A stretch of 64,000 nucleotides of DNA from contig OX597833.1 in NCBI GenBank assembly GCA_951406725.2, positions 6,696,001 through 6,760,000 on the forward strand, given 5' to 3'. Position 1 is the stretch's first letter. Every line of letters begins with the position of its first letter. The notes beneath the pieces are model-generated. The model had not been told where the DNA came from. It was given only the letters and a program-made list of their open reading frames with translations, and did not search any database. Source of the stretch: Octopus vulgaris (lineage: Eukaryota). The translations under genes and the position numbers were made by a program. Below are positions 14,181 to 30,950 of the stretch, piece after piece.

Positions 14181-14490
14181 TCTCCCAACCATTCCAATAG
14201 ATTCCAAAACATTCCAGGACATCATTCTCCCCCTCGGAATGTTCTCGCTAATCTCCGATATGGTTTCGCCCCGGATAACCAGACCACATGTTACAAGTTC
14301 CTCTTACCACAAGGTTGTTGCAGACATTTTTCTCAATGGAACCAAGAACACAAGAATTCCATTCCCCACCCACTCACTCACCCCCTCCACATAGAAATGT
14401 TTCACAAGGTCCCCTCCACCAAAATCAAAATAACCAACGGTTCTTTCGAGGTGTTCATCGGTTTGGAGAAAGGGAGAAGGGGAAGAGATG

Positions 14491-14530
<40 letters not shown>

Positions 14531-14655
14531 TAGACAGACGGAGACAGAGAAGCAGAGAGAGAAAGAGACAGACAGAGACAAACAGACAGATAGACAGAGA
14601 CAGAGAAGCAGCGAGAGAGACAGAAAGAGACAGAGAGAGAGACATACAGAGACAA

Positions 14656-14730
<75 letters not shown>

Positions 14731-14761
14731 GACAGAGAAGCAGAGAGAGACAGAAAGAGAC

Positions 14762-14840
<79 letters not shown>

Positions 14841-15224
14841 GACAAACAGACAGCGACAAACAGACAGACAGACAGGCAGAGACACAGAGAAAGACATTGA
14901 GAGATCTCAATCCACCGGGATAGAACGACATCTCGACATTGCACAAGCTGTAATTCACCATAATCTGAGCCAGCGAAGATGCCTGTATGCAGCTGATCGA
15001 TCTGCTAAAGCTAGCTGTTAAATCTCCCTCATATTACATCCAGTTGTTTTACATAAGGACAAAGACACGGTGGCGTGTGTAGTTTTGCAGATTTAGGTAT
15101 CTTTAGTAGGACAGGATGGTCACGCCTGGAATGACTTCGATTTTATAGGTCTGCCTGCTTGATTATGCCTGAATTTACAACCGCGTAGGAACAAAAAAAA
15201 CAAAAAACAAAAACAACTACTACA

Positions 15225-15226
15225 CA

Positions 15227-15310
<84 letters not shown>

Positions 15311-15325
15311 GAGAAGAAGAAGAAA

Positions 15326-15384
<59 letters not shown>

Positions 15385-15432
15385 GAAGAAGAAGAAGATG
15401 AAGAAGAAGAAGAAGAAGAAGAAGAAGAAGAA

Positions 15433-15477
<45 letters not shown>

Positions 15478-15505
15478 GAAGAAGAAGAAGAAGAAGAAGA
15501 AGAAG

Positions 15506-15537
<32 letters not shown>

Positions 15538-16080
15538 AAACAGCAGCAACAACGACATGATCCCTGTCACAACCGCCACCGCCACCACAACCACAACCAC
15601 CATCATTACCACTACTAGCAACAACAACAACAACAACAACAACAATAAAAATGCAATAATGACAGTGACAGCAACAGCAACAGCAAAAACATTTCCGATA
15701 CCATGACCATCACCCACGACATCAACGGCATCGTCATCCTCATCGTCACTGCCACCATTACAATAACAACAGCATCAACAATGCTACCAAAATCACCACC
15801 ACCACCATCACCACCATCACCATGACCACCACCACCACCACCACCACCACCACCGCCACCGCCACCGCCACCATCAACAACAACAACAAAACTGAAAGCA
15901 ACAACATTCCCATCACTTCCACCGCGACCACCACCACCAAAACCATTTGCCGCCATCATCATCATCGTAGTCATCATCAACAACAACAACAATAACAAGA
16001 CCGTCCGCCTCCTTTTCCTCTTCTTCATCATCATCATCATTGCCATCATCATCAATATGAACAACATCAACAACCGCAGT
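15225..16080. repeat. Compound trinucleotide array (TAA/GAT/GAA/CAA/CAC)
   Basis: Directly visible. Confidence 0.95.
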
Positions 16081-16598
16081 GCTGCAATACGAATCCTTCT
16101 CCCGCTCCTCAATTGCCCTTTTCCCAAGTCTTCAGTCGTCTATTTCCCCTCCTTTGGCTGCACCGCTGGCTGCAGGAAGGCGGGCGGTGGGCATGGATGT
16201 AACATCAACCAGGTTCTAAATCAAGGCGAAACCAGGGACCATTGTAACCGATGAAGGCACAACATTGCGAAATATTCCGACCTTTTTTTACATAGCAATA
16301 ATATATATACAACACCAACACACATACGTACAGACACGCATCCATACATACAAAGGTGCCCGCGTGTGGGTGGGTGTGTTTGTGTGTTTGTGTGTATGCG
16401 TGTGTGTTAATATATGCGTGTGTGTGTATATGTGTATGTGTATATATGTGTATGTATATATATGTGTGTGTATGTGTTTATATATATATGTGTGTGTGTA
16501 TGTATGTATGTGTGTATATATGTGTGTGTATATATATGTGTGTGTGTGTGTATACATATATATACATACATACATACATACATACATACATACATACA

Positions 16599-16633
<35 letters not shown>

Positions 16634-18016
16634 TTAGATGCAGGCATGACACCTTGGGCAAATGTTTTCTACTATAACCTCGGGCCGACCAAATCCTTGT
16701 AAGTGGATTTGACAGACGGAAACTGAAAGAAGCCCGTCATATATACATGTATGTGTGTGTCTGTATGTCTTGTCCCCAACTACACTGCTTGAAAACTTGT
16801 GTTGGCTTGTTTACCTCTCTGTAACTTTGTTGTTTGGCAAAGGAGATTTGAAAGAATATTGGTATCGATTCGTTCAACAAAAATTCTTGAAGGCGGTGCC
16901 CCAGCATGGCCACAGTTTAATAACTGAAACAAGTAAAAGATAAAAGAGAGAAGATATAAAAGATTTATAAGCAAGGGCGCTGCTGGTGTCCGACGCTCAT
17001 CTCGAACCGACGTCGCTCTCTTCCCAGGGTTTACTCCGCGATTGATTCTCTCTGTCGGTCTCCATTCCTGAACTCCTGCTGTTACTGTACTTTTGTTTTT
17101 TTACAGTGACTTGGATTTGAACTCGAAAGAAAGTACAGAATAAATATCACAAGATACGCCCCCTGGCGTTGCAACACTTCCACTAATCTACTGCCTTGTC
17201 AAGGACCTTATCTATCGACCCCGAAAGAATAGAAAGCAATTTTGATCTCCGCCGGATTTGAACTCAAAACAAGGCACCATACGCACCTACACACATACTG
17301 AAATATGTTTCATCCAAACGGCATAGATTAGTACATTGTCTATCGGCCCAGAAAGGAAAAAAGTCAAAGATGACGTCTGCTGGAATTGAAACCAGAGGGC
17401 TTAGAGTCGAAACAAATGGCGGAAAGCATCTAATCCGACGCTCTAGCGTCTCGCCCATCCACCACCGTTTATTATCCTAATAAAAATGGATAACATTCCA
17501 AATTCGAGGAAATTAGTGAAGTTGTTTGTTGGTGAAAAAAATTTAATGAAATATTCGGGCGATTTTATTAGATGTGAATAAGTTCGGTCGTCGTAAGATG
17601 TGGAAATAGCAACAGTTTCCGCTTAGAACTCTCCAACGGGTTTATGAACCGAAATATTAGAGTCTTTGCCACTCCTCGCAACACGCGAACTTAATGACTT
17701 ACAACAAATTCTTCTAGATTTACTGATATGGAAAAAGTTTGATTGAAGAATGAGTTGTGTGGTTATAATTACGTTGCGGCTGATGAGATGCAACAAAGTT
17801 GAAATCGCGATACCTAAAATGTCACACCCTCATGTTCTCTCCAGGAGTTTTAATTACAAAATTGTTTGACGAAGAAATAATGACTTTCTTAAGCAGAATT
17901 AATTAATTAATGCAAATGTACTATATCTTTCAGTCCACACACTCTCTCTCATTCTCTCTCTCATTCTCTCTCTCTTTCTCTTACTCTCTCTCTCTCATTC
18001 TCTCTCCTTCTCTCCT

Positions 18017-18051
<35 letters not shown>

Positions 18052-18337
18052 TTCTCCATATTTATTCCTTTCTCTAGATATAAACTTATATAAACATATA
18101 TTTCGATACATGTGTACATACGCACACACACTCACAAACACACACACATATACACACACACACATGTGTGTAAAGATTTATATGCATATATACACATATA
18201 TAAATAGATGCTGAGATGAAGAGAGATATAGTGGAAGCAGTTTGATAGATAAATGGTCTGATATAGACAGAGAAACACACACACACCTATATACGTGTAT
18301 GTATATGTGTATATATATATGTGTATATATATATATG

Positions 18338-18414
<77 letters not shown>

Positions 18415-19192
18415 AGTTAATTATAATTAAATATACAGAGAAGCATATAAGCAGTGACTGAATGAAATATGTGTGTGTGTGTGTTAATGTGTGTATATAC
18501 ATACATACATACACACACATCCGCATATACATATTCATATACGTACACACATAAAGAAAGAAAGTGAAAAAGAAGGAAAGGGACTTAGAACGACCATTTC
18601 TGCACGAATACATAAGCACCAACCCACCATGTGTGTCTATCTATCTGCTTATCTGTGTGCGTGTATGTATGTATATATGTATGCATGCATGCATACACAT
18701 ATTTATGTAGTGTAAACTATACAAGTATATACGCAAACAAGTTCACTGGTGAATGCTCAAGCATTCAAGTGTATCGGGTGACATAAGGGTGTAGGTAAAA
18801 AGTGACCTAATGTACATTACTTCCGATATAATTATCGCTACGGGTGGATGTGAGTGTGTGTGTGTGCGTGTGCGCATGTGAGTGTATCTGTGTGTGTGTG
18901 CGTGTGTGTATGTGTATGTATATAGTACCAATTTACGTATATGTGTGTGTATATATGTATACATACATACACACACATACACACATATATACATATATAT
19001 CTATGTATACGTACATATACAAACACATACACGCATATATATATACATACATACATATATATGTACCTATGTATGTATGTATATGAACATATATAATTAC
19101 ATACATGCATATATATATATATATTTATATGCATACATACATACAAATATATGTGCATACATACATATATATATGCTTACATACGTACATAG

Positions 19193-19230
<38 letters not shown>

Positions 19231-20421
19231 TCTGTACATATACAATCACATGCATACACGCATACACACACACGCACACACACACGAACGCACACACACA
19301 CACTTGAGGATGTATGTATATGAAATTATATGCGTGTGCTACAAATTAATAAAACAGTTTTATTTAGTGATTTTTCAAGTTATCTCGCCCCCACCGAGCA
19401 ACACGTGACCTGACAGCATGATACCTGGTAACAGCAGCAGCACCAGCAGCAGCAGCCGTTGTCGTTGTTTCGCGTTACGCCGATCCCAGCTCATGAAAAA
19501 AAACGTAATCAAAATCCAAGCTCTGATAATCTCGTTTCGTTATTAAAATCAATCTGGACGTCGTATCACTACAGTTACATTATCTCATGTCTTTCTGTTT
19601 TGTGAGTGGTACAACGTGGTTTGTGAGCTTTGTAGCTGCTATTTCTAGCATGCCCAAGAACCATGTAGAGAGGTTTTGGGGCTGTTTTTAATCACATAAA
19701 CACACACATACGCATAGACAAACACATAGACACACAACGCACACACACATATGCTCACACGGATGCACGCACACACATACACACATGCACACACACACAC
19801 AACGGACTTCGAATCTTTTCTGTTTGGCTGACACTTTTCAATTTCTCCAACTTCTGTTCCAGTTGAGTTCATATTTGGTGTATTGGTGTAGTTTTGTCTG
19901 GTAATTTATTAACATGAAATTCATTCTCGCCATAAATCAATAAACAAAGAGTTAATAGCCTTTTAATTTTGCAAATTTTAGATAATTTTAGCCAGTCGAG
20001 AGCCATAGACATACAGGTGCCTGTTTCCATAGTAACAAGCCAAGCTGTTACCACGATGCTTACCCATGTGGTCATTTTTCGCTTATCAAATGCTTACAGC
20101 ACATGAGGTATGAGATGGTCATGAGACGTGCTAAAAGTAATAGCCTTAAATCACGCACCAATATTTTTTTGCATAATCGTATGAATTCTTGTGCTTAGAA
20201 TACAATTTTGCGAAACTTTTCTGAAAATTCGATAAAATAAGTTACGATCGGTTATATAGCGTATTTAAAGCAGAATTTCGCCAATATCTCATTTGTTTAA
20301 AGTTGACAACTCGTGCTGTCACGCACAAAATGACATCTTCCAAATCTTGTTTTCTGACTGAGTAAAAAATTATCATTGTAAATTTTTGAAAACATAAATC
20401 CTGGAAAATGTGAATTATCTC

Positions 20422-20489
<68 letters not shown>

Positions 20490-20674
20490 TAGCTAAGATA
20501 GCTGTTAAAATAACCGTCTAAGGGATAGACGTATCCATTATACTACCAGTATATTACTTATGTTTAACCATGGGCATACATTGGAAGCAGAAACAGCTGT
20601 TAGATGAGATTATTAATAAATAATAATTGATGTAAGTCAATTGTTGTTCATCAATATTTCTCCATTTTCTGTTT

Positions 20675-20719
<45 letters not shown>

Positions 20720-20984
20720 CAAATTTATAGAAAAACAACGACAACAACATATGTAAGAACAAGCAGGTGTATTAGTTTGACGCTCGGGAAGAATGGAAAA
20801 GTCTTTTATGTTTTCGGCCAATGTTCTTCGACAGAAAGGAATAAGAAGAACAGAACAGAAAGTGAATGAAAAAAAAAAAACAGAAACGTGCTGAGTTCAG
20901 TGGTCCATGCATATATGACCACGTGCGTATCGTTGGCGATTTTCTTTCTCCGTCATCCTTTCCTTGGACCTTTCCCTTTTCTAT

Positions 20985-21019
20985 ATTTCTGACGAAGAGC
21001 TCCGCTCGAAACGTTAAAT
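20985..21019 (+). ncRNA. Minimal type-I hammerhead motif within a ~200-bp repeat (20920-21118)
   Basis: AUUU-CUGACGA-A-GAGC-ucc-GCUC-GAA-ACGU-U-AAAU. The paralog at 24194-24228 has the stem I covariation GUUU/AAAC. Confidence 0.65.
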
Positions 21020-21116
21020 CCGCCTTCCTTCTTTCCTTTCCTGGGCGTCCAGTAACGCTATACTTGTTCCACGTCCTCGCGTTGTTGTGTTTTCTCTTTG
21101 TTCATGTTTGGATTAA

Positions 21117-21240
<124 letters not shown>

Positions 21241-21339
21241 ATAGATAGATATACATACACACACACAAACATACAAGCGTACATATATACATAGGCACAT
21301 AAATACACACACACACTGATATTTACATACATATTTGTT

Positions 21340-21377
<38 letters not shown>

Positions 21378-22522
21378 TATATATGTACATACATACACTT
21401 ACACAAACATATATGTTTATGAGTAAATAAGTGTGTATATATATAGATACATACACATACACACACTCCGTAAATGTAACTGTTGCTTCCCCCCTTCGCT
21501 GTCTACGTCTATCTGTCCTGTCTCCGAAGCAATGTGGTCCTCTCCTCCAGTGAAGCCTGTTCAGTCTTCCTCCCCGACCGCCGTCCTGCACCACCCCCAT
21601 GTCTGTCCCAGGCGCCATTCTTCCGTTCCTTCACAGATATCTGTCCATCAATGCTCACTCGCATCTAACAACAAACCTGTCACATCCCAAATGCGAACCT
21701 CGCTCCCCACCCCCTCACCCTCCCCCTAAATCCCTGTCACCGTCCACATCACCACAGAACTCTGCACTACCCATTGTGTATCACCACCGCCACAACCACC
21801 AACACCACCACCAACACCACCAACACCACCAACACCACCACCACCACCACCACCAACACCATCAACACCACCACCGCCACCCCCCCCCCCACCACCCCAA
21901 AAAAATCCCTGTCACCGTCCACACCACCACCACCGAACTCTGCACTACCCAATGTGTATCACCACCACCACCACCAACAACACCACCATCACCACCATCA
22001 CCATCATCACCACCACAACCACCATCACCACCACCACCACCACCACCACCATCACCACCACCATCACCACCACAGCCGCCACTACCACCACGGCCGACAC
22101 CTCTACAAGAAAAGCCGGCGATGACGACGACCACGGCGGCGGCTATCAGCCCCGTCACCGTCGCCATCGCCATAGCGATAGCGAGAACCACCACCCCCTC
22201 TCCCTGCCGTCAATCATTATCAGCCCCACCACCACGGCCATCAATAATTCCTACAGGCAACCACCTCCCCACTTTCACCGTCAACCACGACCTCCACCGC
22301 CACCTCAACAACTACTGTCGATCACCACCGACGCCACAGTCAACTCCGCCGCTCTCAGCATCAACCACATACTCCATCATTAGCCGCCGCCACCACCAAT
22401 ACCACTACAACCACCGCCACTACGACCACCTCCACCACCAATTTTACAACATACAAACTAATTGAATAAACGTCACCACCAATAAACATTCCATCGTCCA
22501 TTGTTGTTGTTCTTGTTCTTAT

Positions 22523-22907
22523 GGAGGCGCAATGGCCCAGTGGTTAGGGCAGCGGACTCGCGGTCATAGGATCGCGGTTTCGATTCCCAGACCGGGCGTT
22601 GTGAGTGTTTATTGAGCGGGAACACCTAAAGCTCCACGAGGCTCCGGCAGGGGATGGTGGTGATCCCTGCTGCACTCTTTCACCACAACTTTCTCTCACT
22701 CTCACTTCCCGTTTCTGTTGTACCTGTATTTCAAGGGGCCAGCCTTGTCACTCTCTGTGTCACGCTGAATATCCCCGAGAACTACGTTAAGGGTACACGT
22801 GTCTGTGGAGTGCTCAGCCACTTACACGTTAATTTCACGAGCAGGCTGTTCCGTTGATTCGGATCAACCGGAACCCTCGTCGTCGTAACCGACGGAGTGC
22901 TTCCACA
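22523..22907 (+). mobile_element. tRNA-derived SINE, family C, full length with 13-bp TSD
   Basis: Head ggaggcgcaatggcccagtggttagggc...ggtttcgattccc. TSD ttcttgttcttat at 22510-22522 and 22908-22920. Older relatives at about 26265-26555 (+) and 59150-59460 (-). Confidence 0.9.
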
Positions 22908-23422
22908 TTCTTGTTCTTATTGATTGCATTGTTGGTTTGGTGTTGTTGTTGTTGTTGTTAATGTTCTTGTTCTTGTTTGTGTTGTTGGTTCAGTGTTGAT
23001 ATTATCATTGTCGCTGGTTTGAGGCGACGAAGTTGGCTCAATCGTTAGCACGCCGGACGGAACGCCGCTAAGCTTCACGTTCTAAGTTCAAATACCCACG
23101 AGGTCGACTTTGCCGTCCATCCTCCGAAATCGATAAAATAAGTACCAGCTACGCACTGGGGTTGATTTCATGAAGTGAATTTCCCCAAATTTCAGACCGA
23201 GTGTCTGTAGAAGAAATAATTATTCCTGTTATTGGTGTTATTCTTGCTTTTGGTCGAACAAACAGATCAATGTTTAAAGACATTACAGCCGTGACTATAC
23301 CCCTCTCTCGTTCTGATATAGGACTACGTTATCCGTCTCTTCCTAACAACATACAATGCTGGATGTTATTGAGGGATGTTTCACTGCAGTTTCTAACACG
23401 TCAATCAACCACATGGAACTTC

Positions 23423-23454
<32 letters not shown>

Positions 23455-23481
23455 ATGGCGGTGGTGGTGGTGGTGGTAGTG

Positions 23482-23534
<53 letters not shown>

Positions 23535-23569
23535 GGTGGTGGTGGTGGTGGTGGTGGTGGTGGTAGTAA

Positions 23570-23602
<33 letters not shown>

Positions 23603-23872
23603 AACATGGTTCGTCTGCAACTCATGCGGCTGAAATTACTACTAACATAAAATTTTTATCTTTCCTGTCTATACACAGCTATAGAAGCTGCGTAACCAAG
23701 CTACTCTATGGAAAATGCTTTCAAACGTTCCCCATTGAACCATCGCGTCCAACACAATCTTTCAAAAATAACTATGACTCGAAAACAATGGCTTCTTTCT
23801 CGTCCATTCATCCAAATTTCCATCCATTTATCTCAATTGTTGAAGCAGTAACTGCACATTCCCACTAATGAC

Positions 23873-23948
<76 letters not shown>

Positions 23949-23989
23949 GTTTGTCTATCTATCTATCTGTCTATCTATCTATCTGTTTG

Positions 23990-24042
<53 letters not shown>

Positions 24043-24126
24043 TTGTCTATCTATCTATCTGTTTGTCTATCTATCTATCTATCTTGCTCTCTCTCTCTCT
24101 CTCTCTCTCCCTCCTTCTCTCTCTCG

Positions 24127-24328
24127 ACCTCGTGAGCACCGCCAGCGATTTTTTCCCTCTGTCTTCCCTTCTCTGGATCTTTCCTTCTCCTATGTTTCCG
24201 ACGAAGAGCTCCGCTCAAAACGTTAAACCCTCCTTCTTTCCTTCTTTCCTGAGCGTCCAATAATACTATATTTGTTCCACGTCCTCGCGTTGTTGTGTTT
24301 TTTTTTGTGCTTTCTTGTTTGGATTAAC

Positions 24329-24329
<1 letters not shown>
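24127..24329 (+). mobile_element. Second copy of the hammerhead-bearing ~200-bp repeat (core mutated)
   Basis: Homologous to 20920-21118, but the core reads CCGACGA...AAAAC; ends at a microsatellite. Confidence 0.75.
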
Positions 24330-24372
<43 letters not shown>

Positions 24373-24373
<1 letters not shown>

Positions 24374-24766
24374 TCTTTAACTTGTTTCAGTCATTTGACT
24401 GTGGCCATGCTGGAGCACCGCCTTTTTAGTGGAGCAAATCGACCGCAGGACTTATTCTTTGTAAGCCTAGTACTTATTCTATCGGTCTCATTTGCCGAAC
24501 CGCTAAGATACAGGGACGTAAACACACCAGCATCGGTTGTCAAACGATGTTGGGGGGACAAACACAGACACACACACACATATATATATTTACACATATA
24601 TACGACGGGCTTCTTTCAGTTTCCGTCTACCAAATCCACTCACATGGCATTGGTCGGCCTGAGGCTATAGTAGAAGACACTCGCCCAAGGTGCCACGCAG
24701 TGGGACTGAACCCGGAACCATGTGGTTGGTAAGCAAGCTACTTACCACACAGCCACTCCTACGCCT
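24373..24766 (-). mobile_element. SINE family A, full length (partial copy at 24925-25090)
   Basis: Matches the 3120 and 10767 copies. Confidence 0.9.
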
Positions 24767-24776
24767 ATATATATAT

Positions 24777-24895
24777 AGGATAGGACTACACAGCCACAGC
24801 AGGAAATGTATTAGGACATGAAATGTAAAAGCCGGACTGGACTATTTTATGCGCAACTCCATTGTCTCCCGAGACAAAAAGGATGCCAACAACAA
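24777..24895 (+). mobile_element. RTE LINE extreme 3' end
   Basis: RIGLHSHSRKC plus 3' UTR; reverse-complement match to 4418-4535. Confidence 0.8.
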
Positions 24896-25775
24896 TATTT
24901 ATATATATATATATATATATATACATATGACGGGCTTCTTTCAGTTTCCATCTACCAAATCCCCTCACAAGGTTTTGGCCCACCCGAGGCTAGTGTAGAA
25001 GACACTTGCCCAAGGTTCCACGCAGTGGGACTGAACCCGGGACCATGTGATTGGGAAGGAAGTTTCTTACCACCACACAACCACGCCTACGCGAATGTCT
25101 CTATGCATGCATGCATGTATGTATGTATGTATGTATGTATGTATGTATGTATGTATGTATGTATGTATGTATGTATGTATGTATGTATGTATGTATACGT
25201 ATACATTTATCCATGTGTGTGTGTGTGTCTGTCTTTGCAATATCTACTTGGAAACGGTAAAGCGGCGAAGAGCCTCGCTTGCAATTCTCTTCCAACTGTC
25301 GAGGGCTCAAATCTCACCACCAACCACTTAGTCGCATCAGGTGATCGGTCCTGGGAAGTCCTTGATTAACTGATTCACTCTTTCAACCGGTTGCCCTCAA
25401 TCGCACCACACTAAATGGCAGGAGAAAATGCAAGGGAGCTTTCAAGTCCTGTGCACTCAACGAACGCCACATCCCCATATACATACATACATACATACAT
25501 ACATACATACATACATACATACGTATATATGTATGTATATATACATGAGTGTGTATATGTGTATTCTGGTGTATTCTGTAGTGCATAGAGTTATGTTTGA
25601 AAAGGCAGCGGTATATCTCGATTTTCGGTGGCGGGTGTCTGTGGGGGAGGGCAGTGTCCGCCATCGTCATTATATACACTCGTCGGCAGTAATTAGATAC
25701 AGTGATGTAGATACTCTACAGACATGTTTATGTTCGTCATCGTCGTCTGTTTTGATTGGATTCATTTACATACAT

Positions 25776-25825
<50 letters not shown>

Positions 25826-26759
25826 TCATAGGGACATATATAGACATACATATATGCATGTTATTACATGCATATACATACATATATATACATATAGAAA
25901 TATATATATATATAGACTTATATACATATCTATATTTATATATATATGTACACACATATATATATATGTATGCATATATATGCATATATATATATATACA
26001 TATATATATATATGCATACATTCATGCACATACAGGTATGCACACACATATATACACTACACACATACGCACACACTCGTATATATCACCATCACTTAGT
26101 TGGCACACCGACAATGAAGAAGAAGAAGAAGAAGAAGAAGAAGAAGAAGAAGAAGAAGAAGAAGAAGAAGAAGAAAAAGAGGAAGAAGAAGAAGGAAAAG
26201 AAGGTGGTGGTGGTGGTGGTGGTGGTGATGATGATGATGACGAATGAATGTATGCGTGTATGTAGGTGGCTAAGTGGTTAGTGTATTCGGCTCAAGGACC
26301 TGAAGTCGTGAGTTCGATTCCAGGCACAGTTTTGTGTTCACTTTGCCCCAGTCCACTCGCCTGGCAAAAATGAGTTGTACCTGTTAATCAAAGGACCAGC
26401 CTCTGTCATATTCTGTGTTGCTAATTTCCCAGAGAACTACTTTAAATGTACACGCGTCTGTGTAGTACTCAACAACTTGCACGCTAATTTCACGAGCTGG
26501 CTGTTCCGTTGATCGTGTCAACTAGAACAGTCATCGTCTTCACCGACGGAAGGCCATTTCTTAGGTATATATTTAAGAACTTCATCTGACTTAAAGTTTC
26601 GTGAGTGCGTAGGAGAGGTGCATCTCGGCAGCAGCATCTGTTGAAATGGCCGGGGCCGTACGCGCCCACAAAACTGAAATCATGGGGAGCCGAGGTGGGG
26701 TGGGGAGAACTGTTTTGAAATGTTAAGTAAAAACCTAGCAAATGTGTTGAATGCTTGGA

Positions 26760-27520
26760 AGGGGGAAATGAGAGGAAAAGAAAGAGGAATAAGAGAGAAA
26801 GAGACAGAGAGAGAGGGAGAGAGAGAGAGAGAGAGAGACAGCCAGCCAGCCAGACAGACAGACAGACAGATAGACAGAGACAGAGACAGAGAGAGAGAGA
26901 TAGAGAGAGATAAAGCGATCAAGAGAAGAAACAAGAGACAGACTATGAGAAATTTAGTGAAAGAGAGAGGAAGAAAGAGAGAGAGAAAGATAGACAGAGA
27001 GAGAAAGAGGGAGAGAAAGAGAGAGAGAGAGAGAGAGAAATAGAAAGAGAAAGAGAAAGAGAAAGAGAGAGAGAGAGATAAAACGATCAAAAGATGAAAG
27101 AGAGAAAGACTGTGGGAAATTTAGTGAAAGAGAGAGGGAGAGAGAGAAAGAGAAAAAGAAACAGGAAGACAAAAAGGGGAGAGAGTGTGAAAGAGAGAGA
27201 GAGAGTGTGAAAGAGAGAGAGAGAGAGAGAGAGGCGGAGAGAAAAATACAGGGGAGAGAAAGAAAAAGAAAGAAAAGGAGAAAGAAACAGGAGAGGGAGT
27301 GAGAGAGGTGGAGAGAGAGGATGAGAGACAAGAAGACAGAGATGGAGAAGAGAGAGATGGAGAGAAAATAAGAGAGAGAGAGAGAAAGTGAGAGAGAGAG
27401 AGAGAATAAGAGAGAGAGAGAGAGAAAGAAAATAAGAGAGAGAGAGAAAGAAAATAAGAGAGAGAGAGAAAGAAAATTAGAGAGAGAGAAAATAAGAGAG
27501 AGAAAGAGAGAGAGAGAGTG
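26760..27520. repeat. Polypurine (GA)n-rich tract
   Basis: Directly visible; similar tract at about 55940-57070. Confidence 0.95.
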
Positions 27521-28034
27521 CGAGGAAGCTGTCCCTTTGTCGGTTCCATTGTCTTTCATAGAAACCTACACAGAATAAATCAATTCTTTTCTGCCATTCT
27601 TTCGTTTCTTCATTTTTTTTTCCATGTGTTTACGATGGTGTTTTTTCTTGTTGCTATAATTCTCCTTCCCAAACGAATCTCGCCTAATTAAAGTTGACCA
27701 AGAATATGGCAAATATTCCAAAATCTTCGCCACTTTCGCATTTCTAATCCCATTTTATCTCTAACACTTTCGAAAGAAAGTAAGGTTTGTGGGTTGGTGG
27801 GGCGTAGAAAATGGCGGTTTTTTTCTTGTTTTTCTGCAAAGAGTGGTAGGGGCGGCGGTGGAGAGATTGGGGCTGCTTAGAGAGGCCCTTATTCATACAC
27901 ACACACTTACGGGTATACATATACGTATGCGTGCACATACACACGCACACATTCGCTCACAAACGCATATATGTACATATATACACATATATATTTACAT
28001 ATGTACATATATATATATATATATATATATAAGA

Positions 28035-28083
<49 letters not shown>

Positions 28084-28158
28084 TAAACATGCATATCTGT
28101 ACATACATACAATATATGTGAATGTGTATATATATATACATGTGTGTATGTATACATA

Positions 28159-28234
<76 letters not shown>

Positions 28235-28243
28235 AGCATACAT

Positions 28244-28303
<60 letters not shown>

Positions 28304-28422
28304 TCATACGTACATACATACATACATACATACATATACATACTTATACACTCAGTTAAATAGATACATACCTACACGCAGATATTCATACACATGAATA
28401 TATATATGCATACATATATATG

Positions 28423-28485
<63 letters not shown>

Positions 28486-28616
28486 TAGTGTGTGTGTGTG
28501 TGTATAGACTAGCAGCAACCGGTTAGATAGACAGATAGATAGATGTGTCACTCGTGTCACATGATATTGCCGTGTTATTGTTTTTAATTGGCTTGGAAAC
28601 AAACAACAGAAAGTCA

Positions 28617-29797
<1,181 letters not shown>

Positions 29798-30346
29798 ACC
29801 TCCTGTAGCGTTTTCGAAAAACTGCCGTGCTGACGTTGCTTTATCTTTCGAGTTCAAATCCCGCTGAGCTCAATTTTGACTTTCATCCTTCCGAACCCGA
29901 TAAAACAACGTACCAGTGAAATACTGGGGTCGCTTTAGTCATCTAAACCTCTTCCCTAAAATATCAGGTGATGATATCATAGAAACAAGAGCAACAGCAA
30001 CAACAACTACAACAACAACAATGGCTTCACTCTGTGGCACAAGGAGAGCAGTTTTGAGGGGAGGGGCATCGTTCCTCATTACATGACTGGTATTTTGTTT
30101 TGTTGACGAATACCAAACTAATGTACGACTGCTTAAGACGATAGAATTTTCTTGTCCGGTCCCAGCACCATAAATACTCGGGGATAGCTTGAGAAGAAGA
30201 AGAAACTGGTGGAGTTTGAACTCAGAACATAAAGAGCTGAAAGAAATGCCGCTAAGCATTTTGTCCGACGCACTGACAATTCTGCTGCTGCTGCTAATAA
30301 TAATAATAATAATAATAATAGTATTATTATTATTATTATTATTATT

Positions 30347-30900
30347 GAGTGAGTGAGCAGAGCATGCCATCAAAGTGACACTGGGGTAAAATATACGAAG
30401 CCCAGTATACCCATCATGACTACCCGTCTGATAAGGGTACACCAGGCACATGCATCACAACCATATGTGCGCGACATGGTGATCTCATATCAAGATAAAC
30501 AGCACATGACCTTGCAGGTGGGGCCCAGTTAGAATTTTCTTCAGGTCGAGTAACCCATCCCGCTCAAAAGGTCCTTGAATAAGGGTTGTTTAAGGACGTT
30601 GAACGAAACACCCATGTTTCCAGAGGTGAATTATTCAAACCCCAAAGAATCCTTCTCAACACATGGCTATGATGCTCCCCCACTACTTCTGCTCGTGATC
30701 AGAGATGCACATATCGTCAGCCACTAAGGGACATGCTCAACTGGTTATGGTCAAACAACTGACAAGCAAATCTGTGGTATTGAGCAGAATATTTGCTGTA
30801 GCCCATCTTTTATACCAAGACAAAACAATGTACATGATAACACTTCCAATCAGTTAAGATCAGAAGCCATGAGAGCCACTGCCTGGTACTGCATCAGGGC

Positions 30901-30903
<3 letters not shown>
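30347..30903 (-). mobile_element. About 557-bp non-coding element embedded in (TTA)n; probable non-autonomous retroelement
   Basis: Complex sequence flanked on both sides by in-phase (TTA)n, with no long ORF. Strand is inferred. Confidence 0.55.

Positions 30904-30948
<45 letters not shown>

Positions 30949-30950
<2 letters not shown>

Noticed and set aside
13276-15021. 533-aa and overlapping low-complexity ORFs
   Set aside because: Stop-free (TTCC/TTTC)n and (GACA)n microsatellites.
17776-17816. CTGATGA...GAAA-TCGCGA-TA hammerhead-like motif
   Set aside because: Stem I is only about 2 bp and stem II is weak; probably chance within an unassigned decayed sequence.
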